Assembly (NCBI GenBank): GCA_963796055.1
Contig: CAWCKH010000002.1
Location: forward strand, 160,001 to 224,000
Length of the DNA stretch: 64,000 nucleotides
Source: an uncultured delta proteobacterium
Lineage (GTDB): Bacteria; Myxococcota; Myxococcia; Myxococcales; Myxococcaceae
Reading direction: 5' to 3'
The position numbers were made by a program, and so were the translations under genes. Each line of letters starts with the position of its first letter. The stretch's first letter is position 1. The notes beneath the pieces are model-generated. The model was not told the DNA's origin. It was given only the letters and a program-made list of their open reading frames with translations, and searched no databases. Shown piece by piece: positions 1-8,514 of this stretch.

Positions 1-52
1 CGTCCCTGGCGCGCCAGGACCGATCGACCCGAGGCGGCTGGAGGAGTCCGAC

Positions 53-979
53 ATGTGCTGGTCGGGAGAGGCTTCGCTCGGAGTGGCCGCGGTCGGCGTG
101 GCGGGCTCGCTCTGGGCGCGGCGTCGAGGTGCGCCCCTCGGGCGCTGGGCAACCCTCCTCTACTTCACCGGCATGGAGCTCCTGCAGGCGCTCACCTACA
201 CGGTGATCGACCGCTGCGGACTTCCCTTCAACGTCTGGCTGACCCGGGTCAGCTACGTCCACATCTGCCTGCAGCCCTTCTTCATCAACTTGCTGGCGCT
301 CTCCTTCGTCTCGCCGGAGATGGCCAGAAGAGCACGACCGTTCGTCCTGCTCGTCTGTTCGGCCGGGGCCCTGGTCATGCTCTCCAAGTTCTTCGTCCCC
401 TCCCCCGACTGGGCCTGCAGTCCGGCCACGGTCTCGGTCTGCGGTTCGGACACCTGCAGCTACCACGGGGAGTGGCACATCGCCTGGCGGCTCTACCTCT
501 CCGGGCTGGACAACAACTTCTATGTGTACTGGTTGCCGGCCTTCGCCCTTCCGCTCCTCTACGGCTCCTGGCGCTGGACGCTGTACCACGCGCTGGTGGG
601 GCCGTTCGCCGCCTTCTTCCTGAGCTCCAACAAGGACGAGATCGTCGCAATCTGGTGCCTGACCTCGATCGGTTTCCTTCTCGCGATCCACGTGCCGGTG
701 CTGGAGCACTGGCTGGAGTCGCCACGCCGGATTCGCGGGGCAGCCCACGGCGAGGGGTGGCTCCGGACGCTGGCGGGCGGCTTTGCGGGCACCGCTGCGT
801 TCATCGGGGGCTACCTGCTCCTGCGCGTCCTCCGAGGAAGCGTCGTGCTCGATCCACGGCTCAGCATCGCGCTCTGCCTCGCCGCGGCGGTCCTGGCGAT
901 CCACTTCGCCGGCCGCGCCAGGGCGGCATCGAGACACGAGCGACGGGACTGGGCACCGGCGCTGCGGGATCCCGCTTGA
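53..979 (+). CDS. Multi-TM membrane protein, DUF5765-like
   Basis: N-terminus MCWSGEAS plus motifs MELLQA, YVHICLQP, CSYHGEWHIAW and IWCL; several hydrophobic helices; GGAG RBS upstream. Confidence 0.7.
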   Translation: MCWSGEASLGVAAVGVAGSLWARRRGAPLGRWATLLYFTGMELLQALTYTVIDRCGLPFNVWLTRVSYVHICLQPFFINLLALSFVSPEMARRARPFVLLVCSAGALVMLSKFFVPSPDWACSPATVSVCGSDTCSYHGEWHIAWRLYLSGLDNNFYVYWLPAFALPLLYGSWRWTLYHALVGPFAAFFLSSNKDEIVAIWCLTSIGFLLAIHVPVLEHWLESPRRIRGAAHGEGWLRTLAGGFAGTAAFIGGYLLLRVLRGSVVLDPRLSIALCLAAAVLAIHFAGRARAASRHERRDWAPALRDPA

Positions 980-1055
980 GCGCCGGGGCTCGCTCCGGCG
1001 GCCTCTTGCCACCCTCCCCCACCGGGGATATCCAGTCCCGCCTCGAGGAGGATCG

Positions 1056-2222
1056 ATGACCCCGCCGGATCACCGCCAGGCAGTCGCCCGGACCCGCGAG
1101 ATCGCCGAGGCGACGATCTCCCCTGCAGCACACGAGCTCGACAGGGCAGGGAGCTTCCCCGCCGCCGCCGTTGCCGCGCTCGGAGAGGCCGGACTGCTGG
1201 CCCTCAACGTCCCCACCAGCTTCGGTGGGTCCGGCCTCGGCCCACGCGCCTTCGCGGAGGTCAACGCCATCCTCGCCGAGGCGGACCCGTCGGTGGCGAT
1301 GGTGTACATGATGCACGTCTGCGCCAGCGAGGTGGTCGTCGCCGGCGCCAGGACGACCCGGAGCCCGGTCTTTGAGACGGCGCTCGCGGACATGGCCCGA
1401 GGCAAGCACCTGACCACCCTGGCCTTCAGCGAGGCCGGGTCGCGGAGTCATTTCTGGGCGCCCCTCTCCAGGGCCTCCCGTGGCGCGGGCGGCGTTCGGC
1501 TGAACGCCAAGAAGTCCTGGGTCACCAGCGCCGGAGTCGCAGACAGCTACGTGGTCACGACCCTCTCGCCCGAGGCGAAGGGCCCCACGGACTCGACGCT
1601 GTACCTCGTGCCGAAGTCCGCGACCGGGATGCGCGTCACCGCGCCATGGGACGGCCTGGGGCTGCGCGCGACCGCATCGTCTCCCATGACCCTCGAGGCG
1701 GTGGAGGTGAGCGACGACCGCCGGCTCACCGAGGAGGGCGGTGGCTTCGCCGCCAAGCTGAACGTCGTCCTGCCCTGGTTCAATCTGGCCAGCGCCACCG
1801 TTTCGCTCGGAATCTGCAGGGCGGTGGTGGCAGCGACCGTCACTCATCTGAAGACGAGCAAGTTCGAGCATCTGGGCAACACCTCGCTCGGCGAGGCGCT
1901 TCCCACGCTGCGCCAGATGCTGGCCCAGATGCAGATCGACACCGACGGCCTCGCGCACCGGATCGACGAGTGCGTACGCGCGCTCGAGAGCCCTGGCCCG
2001 GAGACGATGCTTCGCGTCCTGGAGGTGAAGGCCGCTGCCGGGGAGACCGCGATCCGGGTGACCTCCAGCGCGATGCACGCCTGCGGTGGCGCTGCCTTCT
2101 CCAGGCACACCTCCATCGAGCGCTACTTTCGCGATGCCCACGCCGGCTCGGTCATGGCGCCAACCGTGGACGTCCTGCGCGAGTTCATCGGCAAGTCGCT
2201 CCTCGGCATCCCGCTGTTCTGA
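1056..2222 (+). CDS. Acyl-CoA dehydrogenase family protein (Rv1679/FadE16-like)
   Basis: Motifs TTLAFSEAGSRS, LNAKKSWVTS, WDGLGLRATAS, ACGGAAFS, IERYFRDA; GAGGAGG RBS before ATG 1056. Confidence 0.9.
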   Translation: MTPPDHRQAVARTREIAEATISPAAHELDRAGSFPAAAVAALGEAGLLALNVPTSFGGSGLGPRAFAEVNAILAEADPSVAMVYMMHVCASEVVVAGARTTRSPVFETALADMARGKHLTTLAFSEAGSRSHFWAPLSRASRGAGGVRLNAKKSWVTSAGVADSYVVTTLSPEAKGPTDSTLYLVPKSATGMRVTAPWDGLGLRATASSPMTLEAVEVSDDRRLTEEGGGFAAKLNVVLPWFNLASATVSLGICRAVVAATVTHLKTSKFEHLGNTSLGEALPTLRQMLAQMQIDTDGLAHRIDECVRALESPGPETMLRVLEVKAAAGETAIRVTSSAMHACGGAAFSRHTSIERYFRDAHAGSVMAPTVDVLREFIGKSLLGIPLF

Positions 2223-2233
2223 ACACGCTGCCC

Positions 2234-3055
2234 ATGCTCGAGACCATCACCGTCGGCGCCGTGGCGTACGATCCGAAGGTCGTCGGGATCTGGGAGGGCA
2301 TGCGGAAGTACTTCCGCGATGACGCCAGGATCCCGGTCGAGGTCGTGCTGTACCTAAGTTACGAGGCACAGGTCGCCGCGCTGCTTGCTGGGCGCATCGA
2401 CATCGCCTGGAACACCAACCTCGCCTATCTGCAGTGCGACCACCTCAGCCGGGGGGCGTGCAACCCACTGGCAATGCGGGACACCGACCTCGCGTGGTGG
2501 ACCGAAATCGTGGTTCGCACCGGGGCCGGCATCGGCCAGCTGTCGGACCTCCGCGGAAAGCGGGTTGCGCTCGGGAGCCGTGACAGCGGGCACGCAGCGA
2601 TACTTCCGGTCCACTTCCTCGCCCAGGCAGGGCTGGTCGAGGGCCGGGACTACCAGTCGCTCCGCTTCGACACCGACCTCGGGAAGCATGGAGACACCGG
2701 GACGAGCGAGGTCGACGTGCTCAGGGCCGTCCTCAGCGGCGAGGCCGATGCGGGCGCGGTGGGCAGCCCCTTCTGGGCGGGCGTCCACTCGGGTCAGCTG
2801 GTCCCGACCGGAGCCGTCAAGTCCATCTGGTCGTCTCCGCACTACCACCACTGCATGTTCACCGCTCGGGTCGGGCTTCCTACCGAGGACGCGACGCGCT
2901 TCACCGACGCACTCTTCGGGATGAACGGCGTGCCGCGGCTGCGGCCCATCCTCGATGCCGAGGGGCTCAAGGAGTGGGTGCCCCCGCGCACCGAGGGGTA
3001 CGGCTCGCTCCGCGAGGCGGCGCTCCGGCAAGGCTTCTTCGCACGGTCGGGCTGA
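2234..3055 (+). CDS. PhnD/phosphonate-type substrate-binding-fold protein without signal peptide (Rv1680-like)
   Basis: Motifs GAVAYDPKVV, YEAQVAALLAGRIDIAWN, LSDLRGKRVALGS, GEADAGAV; no N-terminal signal peptide; no permease or ATPase genes nearby. Confidence 0.8.
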   Translation: MLETITVGAVAYDPKVVGIWEGMRKYFRDDARIPVEVVLYLSYEAQVAALLAGRIDIAWNTNLAYLQCDHLSRGACNPLAMRDTDLAWWTEIVVRTGAGIGQLSDLRGKRVALGSRDSGHAAILPVHFLAQAGLVEGRDYQSLRFDTDLGKHGDTGTSEVDVLRAVLSGEADAGAVGSPFWAGVHSGQLVPTGAVKSIWSSPHYHHCMFTARVGLPTEDATRFTDALFGMNGVPRLRPILDAEGLKEWVPPRTEGYGSLREAALRQGFFARSG

Positions 3056-4087
3056 ATGGGATCCCAGCACCGGGCGGTCGAGGTTCGAGCGGGCGCGAAG
3101 GATTTTTCCACCGGCCTGCTGAATGACCTGCTCGCTGCGTTCCAGGGCCTCGCCGACGGCGACCTCCTCACGCTGCACGGCCCTGGTCGTCTCGGACCCG
3201 ACCTCGACCGCTGGGCTCGCTTCACCGGGAACGCCATCGTCGAGGTGAGCGCCGAAGGCGAGACGAGCCGATTCCTCCTCCGCAAGGGCGCGCCGCGCTC
3301 GTACGAGGAGGCGCCGGTCATCGGTTCGCGACTCTGGCTCTACTCCAACTTCGACTGCAACCTCGCCTGTGACTACTGCTGTGTGCGCTCCTCCCCGCGG
3401 GCAGAACCCAGGGCGCTCTCGCTCGAGGACGTCCAGCGCGCAGCCGCCGAGGCGCCCGGTGCCGGGGTCCGGGAGCTCTTCGTCACTGGCGGCGAGCCGT
3501 TTCTCCGGTCGGACATCGCCGAGGTGCTCCTGGCCTGTGCGCGGGCTCTCCCGACGACCGTGCTGACCAACGGGCTTCTCTTTGCCGGAAGGCGCCGGAT
3601 TGCCCTCCGCGAGATCCCGCGCGACCGCATCGTCTTGCAGATCAGCCTCGACAGCCCCACCCCCGCACTCCACGACCGGCATCGCGGAGAGGGAACCTGG
3701 GAGAAGACCCGGGCCGGGATCGCCATCGCCCGCGAGGAAGGATTCCGCGTCCGGCTGGCCGCGACCGTCGCTGACGCTCAGGCCGAGCAGGCGTTCCGGG
3801 CGTTCGTCGAGAGAGAGGGCATCGTCGAGGAAGACTGCGTTCTGCGTCGCGTCGCGCTGCGGGGCTTCGCCGAGGAGGGGGTGGCCCTGTCGCGGTCGGA
3901 CCTGGTGCCGGAGGTGACGCTCACCCGGGCAGGCATCTACTGGCACCCGGTCGGGGCGACGGATCAGGACTTCTTCGTCACCGCGCGGTCCTTCCCGCTC
4001 GTCGAGGCGATCGAGGCAGTGAGGCTCGCCTTCGCCGACGAGCGCCGCTTCGCCACCTCGCTGGCCAGCGTGTTCCGGTGCGCCTAG
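3056..4087 (+). CDS. Radical SAM protein with N-terminal TusA/SirA-like domain (Rv1681-like)
   Basis: CNLACDYC (CX3CX2C), TGGEP, LTNG, QISLD, HDRHRGEG; first ~75 aa resemble TusA (GDLLTL..DLDRWARFTGNAIV..RFLLRKG). Confidence 0.85.
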   Translation: MGSQHRAVEVRAGAKDFSTGLLNDLLAAFQGLADGDLLTLHGPGRLGPDLDRWARFTGNAIVEVSAEGETSRFLLRKGAPRSYEEAPVIGSRLWLYSNFDCNLACDYCCVRSSPRAEPRALSLEDVQRAAAEAPGAGVRELFVTGGEPFLRSDIAEVLLACARALPTTVLTNGLLFAGRRRIALREIPRDRIVLQISLDSPTPALHDRHRGEGTWEKTRAGIAIAREEGFRVRLAATVADAQAEQAFRAFVEREGIVEEDCVLRRVALRGFAEEGVALSRSDLVPEVTLTRAGIYWHPVGATDQDFFVTARSFPLVEAIEAVRLAFADERRFATSLASVFRCA

Positions 4088-4132
4088 CTCGTTTCGGTTG
4101 TAGAAGCCGAAAGAAGTGAAAGGAGGGCTCCT

Positions 4133-4615
4133 TTGGACGACCATGCAACGGAGACGCTCGGGGTTTCCCGCGGGCGTGCGCTGGCGGTACTGCGTGTGGC
4201 GCTAGGGGCGCTGTTCGTCTGGGTCTTCTTCGAGAACCTGGGAAAGGGCGCCTACACACCTGCGGGGTACAAGGGAGTCATCGACTACTACGTGAAGAAT
4301 GGCCACTCGCCCGCGATCTGGAAGGCGCTCATCTCGGTGGCCGCAGCCAACGCGCGCATCGTCGCGCCACTGCAGGCCATGACGGAGCTCGGGTTCGGGG
4401 TGCTCCTGGTGATGGGCACCGCCACCCGCGTGGTCGCCGCCGCCGCCGGAGCGTTCCTTTTCACCCTCTGGGTATCGGAGCTCGGCACCGCCTGGATCTG
4501 GGAGCTGGCCATTCCCGTCGTCCTCGCATTCTGTCTCGCCTGGGCGCGGGCCGGACGCACCTGGGGCGTGGACGCCGTGCTGACACGTCGGAATCCAGGG
4601 TGGCGTCTCGGATGA
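4133..4615 (+). CDS. DoxX/DoxD-family membrane protein
   Basis: LAVLRVALGALF, ELGFGVLLVMG, AGRTWGVDA; 4 TM helices; AGGAGG RBS before TTG. Confidence 0.75.
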   Translation: MDDHATETLGVSRGRALAVLRVALGALFVWVFFENLGKGAYTPAGYKGVIDYYVKNGHSPAIWKALISVAAANARIVAPLQAMTELGFGVLLVMGTATRVVAAAAGAFLFTLWVSELGTAWIWELAIPVVLAFCLAWARAGRTWGVDAVLTRRNPGWRLG

Positions 4616-5340
4616 GCTCGACGGGGATGCGCGTCAGCGTCGTCATCCCCACGTACAACGAGGCCGGCTCGATCGCGCGCGTCCTGGACGACATCCCCGC
4701 GTCGCTGGTCACCGAGGTGCTGCTGGTCGATGCAGGCTCGACCGACGGGACGCGCGAGATCGCCGCTGCACGTGGCGCCCGCGTGATCGTCGAGCCTCGC
4801 CGCGGGTACGGTCGCGCCTGCCTGACCGGCCTCGCCGCGGCCAACGACCCCGAGACCGTCGTGTTCCTCGACGGGGATTACAGTGACCGGCCTGCCGAGC
4901 TGGGCCGCCTGCTCGACCCGATCCGGGCAGGCAACGCAGACATCGTCCTCGGTTCGCGGCTGGCGGGCGGCCTCGTGGCCGGCGCGATGCCCTGGCACGC
5001 CGTGTTCGGAAACCGCCTCGCGGCGACCCTGATCCGATGGCTGTACGGCATCTCGCTGACCGATCTCGGGCCGTTCCGGGCCGCGCGCTGCGAGGTGCTG
5101 CGGGCGCTCGAGCTGCGCGAGATGACCTACGGCTGGGCGGTCGAGCTGGTGACGCGCGGTGCGATGCGGGGATATCGGGTGATGGAGGTCCCGGTCAGCT
5201 ACCATCCGCGCATCGGTGTCTCGAAGATCAGCGGAACGTTGCGAGGCTCGACCGGCGCCGCCTGGTGCATCATGACGGGCATCGTGAAGAACCGGCTGCG
5301 TGCCGCGACGAGTCCGGCCGAACCGGGACAGGCGACATGA
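4612..5340 (+). CDS. Glycosyltransferase family 2 (DPM-synthase-like)
   Basis: VSVVIPTYNE, VDAGSTDGT, GYGRA, FLDGD (DXD), ADIVLGSR, EVPVSY; ATGA overlap with the upstream gene. Confidence 0.9.
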   Translation: MSSTGMRVSVVIPTYNEAGSIARVLDDIPASLVTEVLLVDAGSTDGTREIAAARGARVIVEPRRGYGRACLTGLAAANDPETVVFLDGDYSDRPAELGRLLDPIRAGNADIVLGSRLAGGLVAGAMPWHAVFGNRLAATLIRWLYGISLTDLGPFRAARCEVLRALELREMTYGWAVELVTRGAMRGYRVMEVPVSYHPRIGVSKISGTLRGSTGAAWCIMTGIVKNRLRAATSPAEPGQAT

Positions 5341-6059
5341 GCCGTCGCGGGCCCGATCACCGAACGGAAGGCGCCCGCGGCGCGGTGGTGGTCATGGCGA
5401 AAGCTCCCCGGGAAGGTTTCGTGAAGACGAGACTGACCGGCGCGTACCCGGCGCGCGACGTCGTCCAGCTCGCCGACTGCATGCTGCGCGATACCCTGGC
5501 GCTGGTCCAGCAGCTTCCTCGCGTCCACGTGGCCGTGATGTGCCCCTCCGAAGACGTGGGCGCCGTCGAGGCCCGATTGCCAGCGGGCATCCACGTCGTC
5601 GGCCAGCGCGGCAACGGCCTCGCGGCTGGGCTCGTTTCCGCCTTCGAACGCTTCATCCCGAACTTCCGCCGCGTCGTCGCCGTCGACAGCGACAGTCCGC
5701 AGCTGCCACTGGCGTGCCTCGAGTCGGCATTCGACCTTCTCGAGAAGAACGAGGTGGTGGTGGGACCGACCGAGGACGGCGGCTACTATCTCGTCGGCGC
5801 GTCGGCGATGCACCCACGCCTCTTCGAGCTGGCGCCGCTCGGCACCGGCAACGCTCGCGATGCCCTCGTCGGGAACGCGCGTGCGCTTGGATTGTCGGTG
5901 GCCTTCACCGAGACCGGGTACGACGTCGACGACCCGGCGGACCTGCGCCGGCTCGCCGCCGAGCTGCGCATCGAACCCGCGCGAGCGCCCCGCACCGCCG
6001 CGCTGCTCGCGTCGTGGCGACCAGGCTCGGACGCTCACGACGACGAGCGCACCGGATGA
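5337..6059 (+). CDS. DUF2064 / TIGR04282-type (rSAM/selenodomain-associated, CofC-like) transferase
   Basis: MAKAP..GFVKTRL, DSDSPQL, VVGPTEDGGYYLVG, DVDDPADL; ATGA overlap. Confidence 0.85.
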   Translation: MSRRGPDHRTEGARGAVVVMAKAPREGFVKTRLTGAYPARDVVQLADCMLRDTLALVQQLPRVHVAVMCPSEDVGAVEARLPAGIHVVGQRGNGLAAGLVSAFERFIPNFRRVVAVDSDSPQLPLACLESAFDLLEKNEVVVGPTEDGGYYLVGASAMHPRLFELAPLGTGNARDALVGNARALGLSVAFTETGYDVDDPADLRRLAAELRIEPARAPRTAALLASWRPGSDAHDDERTG

Positions 6060-6072
6060 GGTGACGACGCCG

Positions 6073-7359
6073 ATGCGCGTCAGCGTTGGAAGATGGGCCG
6101 GAGGCGGCCTCCTCGGCCTTGCGCTCCTGACCTTCGGTCTGGTTCGACCCGACGACGGCTCGGCCCCATTCTTCGTCCTGCTCGCACTGGCGGCGGTCGG
6201 CTACCTCGCAACGCTGTATCAGGTCGCGAACGGGCTGTGGCCTTCCGGGCGCACGTTGATCGTCTGCGCCGCGCTGGCTCTGGCCTGGCGCGTCCCCATG
6301 CTGCTCGCGCCTCCTGAACCCGCCGCTGACCTTCGCCGCTACATCTGGGACGCCCACCTCCTCCGCGCAGGCCTCAGCCCCTATGCGGTGGTTCCAGCCG
6401 ACCCGACGTTCGCGCACCTGCGGACCGGCGAGAACTGGCCCTTGAACAATTCCGACGTGCCGAGTCCCTATCCTCCGGGCGCGCAGCTCTTCTTCCTCGC
6501 CGCGACGATGCTCGGCGAGTCGGCGCGAGCCATCAAGCTGGCCGCCCTCCTGTGCGACGCACTCCTGGCGCTCGTCGTCTGGCGATCGCTCGTGGTCGCC
6601 GGCGCGAATCCGGGCTGGGTGCTCGCGTATCTCTGGAGCCCTCTCGTTTCGCTCGAGGTCGCCCGTCACGGGCACCTCGACGTGGTCGGCGCGCTCCTGG
6701 TCGCCTTCGCTGCGTTCGCGCTCGCGCGCGGCCGGGCGCTGGTCGGCAGCGTCGCCTTCGCGCTGTCAGTCGCGGTGAAGCCTCTGCCGTTCGTTCTCTT
6801 GCCGCTACTCTGGCGCCGCGTCTCGGTCCGGCACGTCGTCGCCGGAGTCACCGTGCTGCTGGCCCTCTACCTGCCCTTCTGGGACCGCCGCCACCTGCCC
6901 ATCGGGTCCGTCCCGGAGGTGGTCGACCGCTTTCGCTTCAACGGGCCCATCTTCTCGGTGGTCGCAGCGCTCGCAGGCCCTGCGGCGGCGACGGGGTTCG
7001 CGGTCGCCGCCGGGCTGGCGGTCGCGGTCTGGGCACGCCGCCGGCTCTCGCTGGCGTCGCCTCAGGCGTGGGCATGGCCGATGGCGGCGACGCTCCTGGG
7101 TGCGCCGCTGGTGTACCCCTGGTACCTCGTCTGGCTCGCGCCGTTTCTCGTCACGCCGCAGACCATGCCGCTGACGATCTGGACGATCTCGATCCTCGGC
7201 ACCTACGTCGTCTGGAAGCTCGTCGGCGTCCCCTGGGCGGTGCCGGCCTGGGCACTCGTGGTCGAGTACGGAGCGCTGCTCGGAGCTGCTCTGTGGCTGT
7301 GGCGAAGAACAGGCCGGCTCACTTCGCCTCCATCCAGGCATCTGACCCCGCCAGCTTGA
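6073..7359 (+). CDS. Polytopic GT-C fold membrane glycosyltransferase (GT87/DUF2029-like)
   Basis: DLRRYIWD..AGLSPY..P, SPYPPGAQLFF, YLWSPLVSLE..GHLD, FRFNG, YPWY; about 10 TM helices; alternative GTG start at 6061. Confidence 0.8.
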   Translation: MRVSVGRWAGGGLLGLALLTFGLVRPDDGSAPFFVLLALAAVGYLATLYQVANGLWPSGRTLIVCAALALAWRVPMLLAPPEPAADLRRYIWDAHLLRAGLSPYAVVPADPTFAHLRTGENWPLNNSDVPSPYPPGAQLFFLAATMLGESARAIKLAALLCDALLALVVWRSLVVAGANPGWVLAYLWSPLVSLEVARHGHLDVVGALLVAFAAFALARGRALVGSVAFALSVAVKPLPFVLLPLLWRRVSVRHVVAGVTVLLALYLPFWDRRHLPIGSVPEVVDRFRFNGPIFSVVAALAGPAAATGFAVAAGLAVAVWARRRLSLASPQAWAWPMAATLLGAPLVYPWYLVWLAPFLVTPQTMPLTIWTISILGTYVVWKLVGVPWAVPAWALVVEYGALLGAALWLWRRTGRLTSPPSRHLTPPA

Positions 7360-8047
7360 CCGCCACGTTCGAGAGGGATTCCGTGAACGGGTGGCCGTCG
7401 GCCTTTCCGCGGTGCTGGGTCGAGACAAGCAAGGGTCCGGCCTTCTTGTAGCCCTCCCAGGTCGCCAGGACCACGCTCGGCTTCGCCGTTCCCCCGTGGT
7501 GAAATTCGAGCTCGTGAATCCGGTTGTCGGGAGCGGCGAAGATCGCCCAAGTGTCACCCGGCAAGTAGCCGCCGCTGGACGGATACTTCACCACGACCTT
7601 CCTGGCCTTGCCCTTCCCAAGCGGCAGCTTCTGCATGCCGGCATCCTCGATGGTCGCGCCGGTATCCCAGATGAGATGGAACGGAAACAGCAGCCAGTAC
7701 TGATCGTTGAAGAACCCGGGATCGACCATCTCCTTCACGAACGCGCTCTGGCTCGCAAGCTGCGAGCGCGAATACGTGATCTTGACGGGCTTGCCGGCAT
7801 TGTCTGGCCCGTCGTAGGTGATCGTGTCGGTCTTCGGCTCCCAGATCCACGAGCGGTGGAGCTTCAGCTTGCCCGCATCGAGGGTGAACGTGTAGCGGAT
7901 CGCCTCGACTTGATCCCACGCATCGATCCCGTAGGTCTTGGCAATCTGGTCGGCGATCGGCGGGCGCTGCTGCGCCGACGCAGGTGGTACGAGACAAAGC
8001 ACTCCGATCAACAGCGCACCGATCACCGAAACGCTGCTCGCTTTCAT
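7319..8047 (-). CDS. Secreted hypothetical protein
   Basis: Signal peptide MKASS...ASA|QQ; globular sequence with TYGIDAWDQVEAIRYTF and FFNDQYWLLFPFHL. Confidence 0.7.
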   Translation of the reverse strand: MKASSVSVIGALLIGVLCLVPPASAQQRPPIADQIAKTYGIDAWDQVEAIRYTFTLDAGKLKLHRSWIWEPKTDTITYDGPDNAGKPVKITYSRSQLASQSAFVKEMVDPGFFNDQYWLLFPFHLIWDTGATIEDAGMQKLPLGKGKARKVVVKYPSSGGYLPGDTWAIFAAPDNRIHELEFHHGGTAKPSVVLATWEGYKKAGPLLVSTQHRGKADGHPFTESLSNVAVKLAGSDAWMEAK

Positions 8048-8514
8048 CCTCGGTACCCTCCTGGACGACTCGGGAAAAGGTCCTTCGCCATTCACATCAC
8101 TGCCTGCACAACTCTCGAGCACCATCTCTCCCCAGCAGGCGTCATCCTGTACACACTCGGCTGCGTCATGGCAGACGATCCAGGCACGCGACTCGAGCGA
8201 TTCCCTCTAGCAGTAGGATTTCCTGCCTGGCACGCGCGTGCTCTACGTTCCGCGCGTCGGAAACGAGGCGGCCAGATGAAAGCGGCGCGAAGAATCGCGG
8301 CAGCGGTGCTGGTGGTCGGAAGCAGCGTGGCGGCAGCGGCAACGCGGCCGAGCTCGGCACGTACGTCGTCGAAAGAGGGAATTCACTCGTCGCGATCGTC
8401 AAGTGAGCGCCCAGTGAGGTGACCCTGGTCGTCGCCGCGGCCGTCTCTTCAGTGCTCGTCGCGTTGAGTTGGCCCTTGCCACGAGGCGGCCGACCCGGCA
8501 ACCCTGCATCCCGG

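Noticed and set aside
2354..4144. Long antisense ORFs (this 596-aa one and similar at 36960-39260, 56158-57837, 61682-63145)
   Set aside because: Shadow frames of well-supported genes in high-GC DNA
1056..7359. Calling the operon an arsenosugar or molybdopterin pathway
   Set aside because: No ArsM methyltransferase and no MoaA-type C-terminal Cys cluster; the rSAM is not recognisably ArsS
8228..8243. Sigma54 promoter TGGCACGCGCGTGC
   Set aside because: GG-to-GC spacing is 9 rather than 10, and the downstream ORF (8276-8422) is a broken scrap
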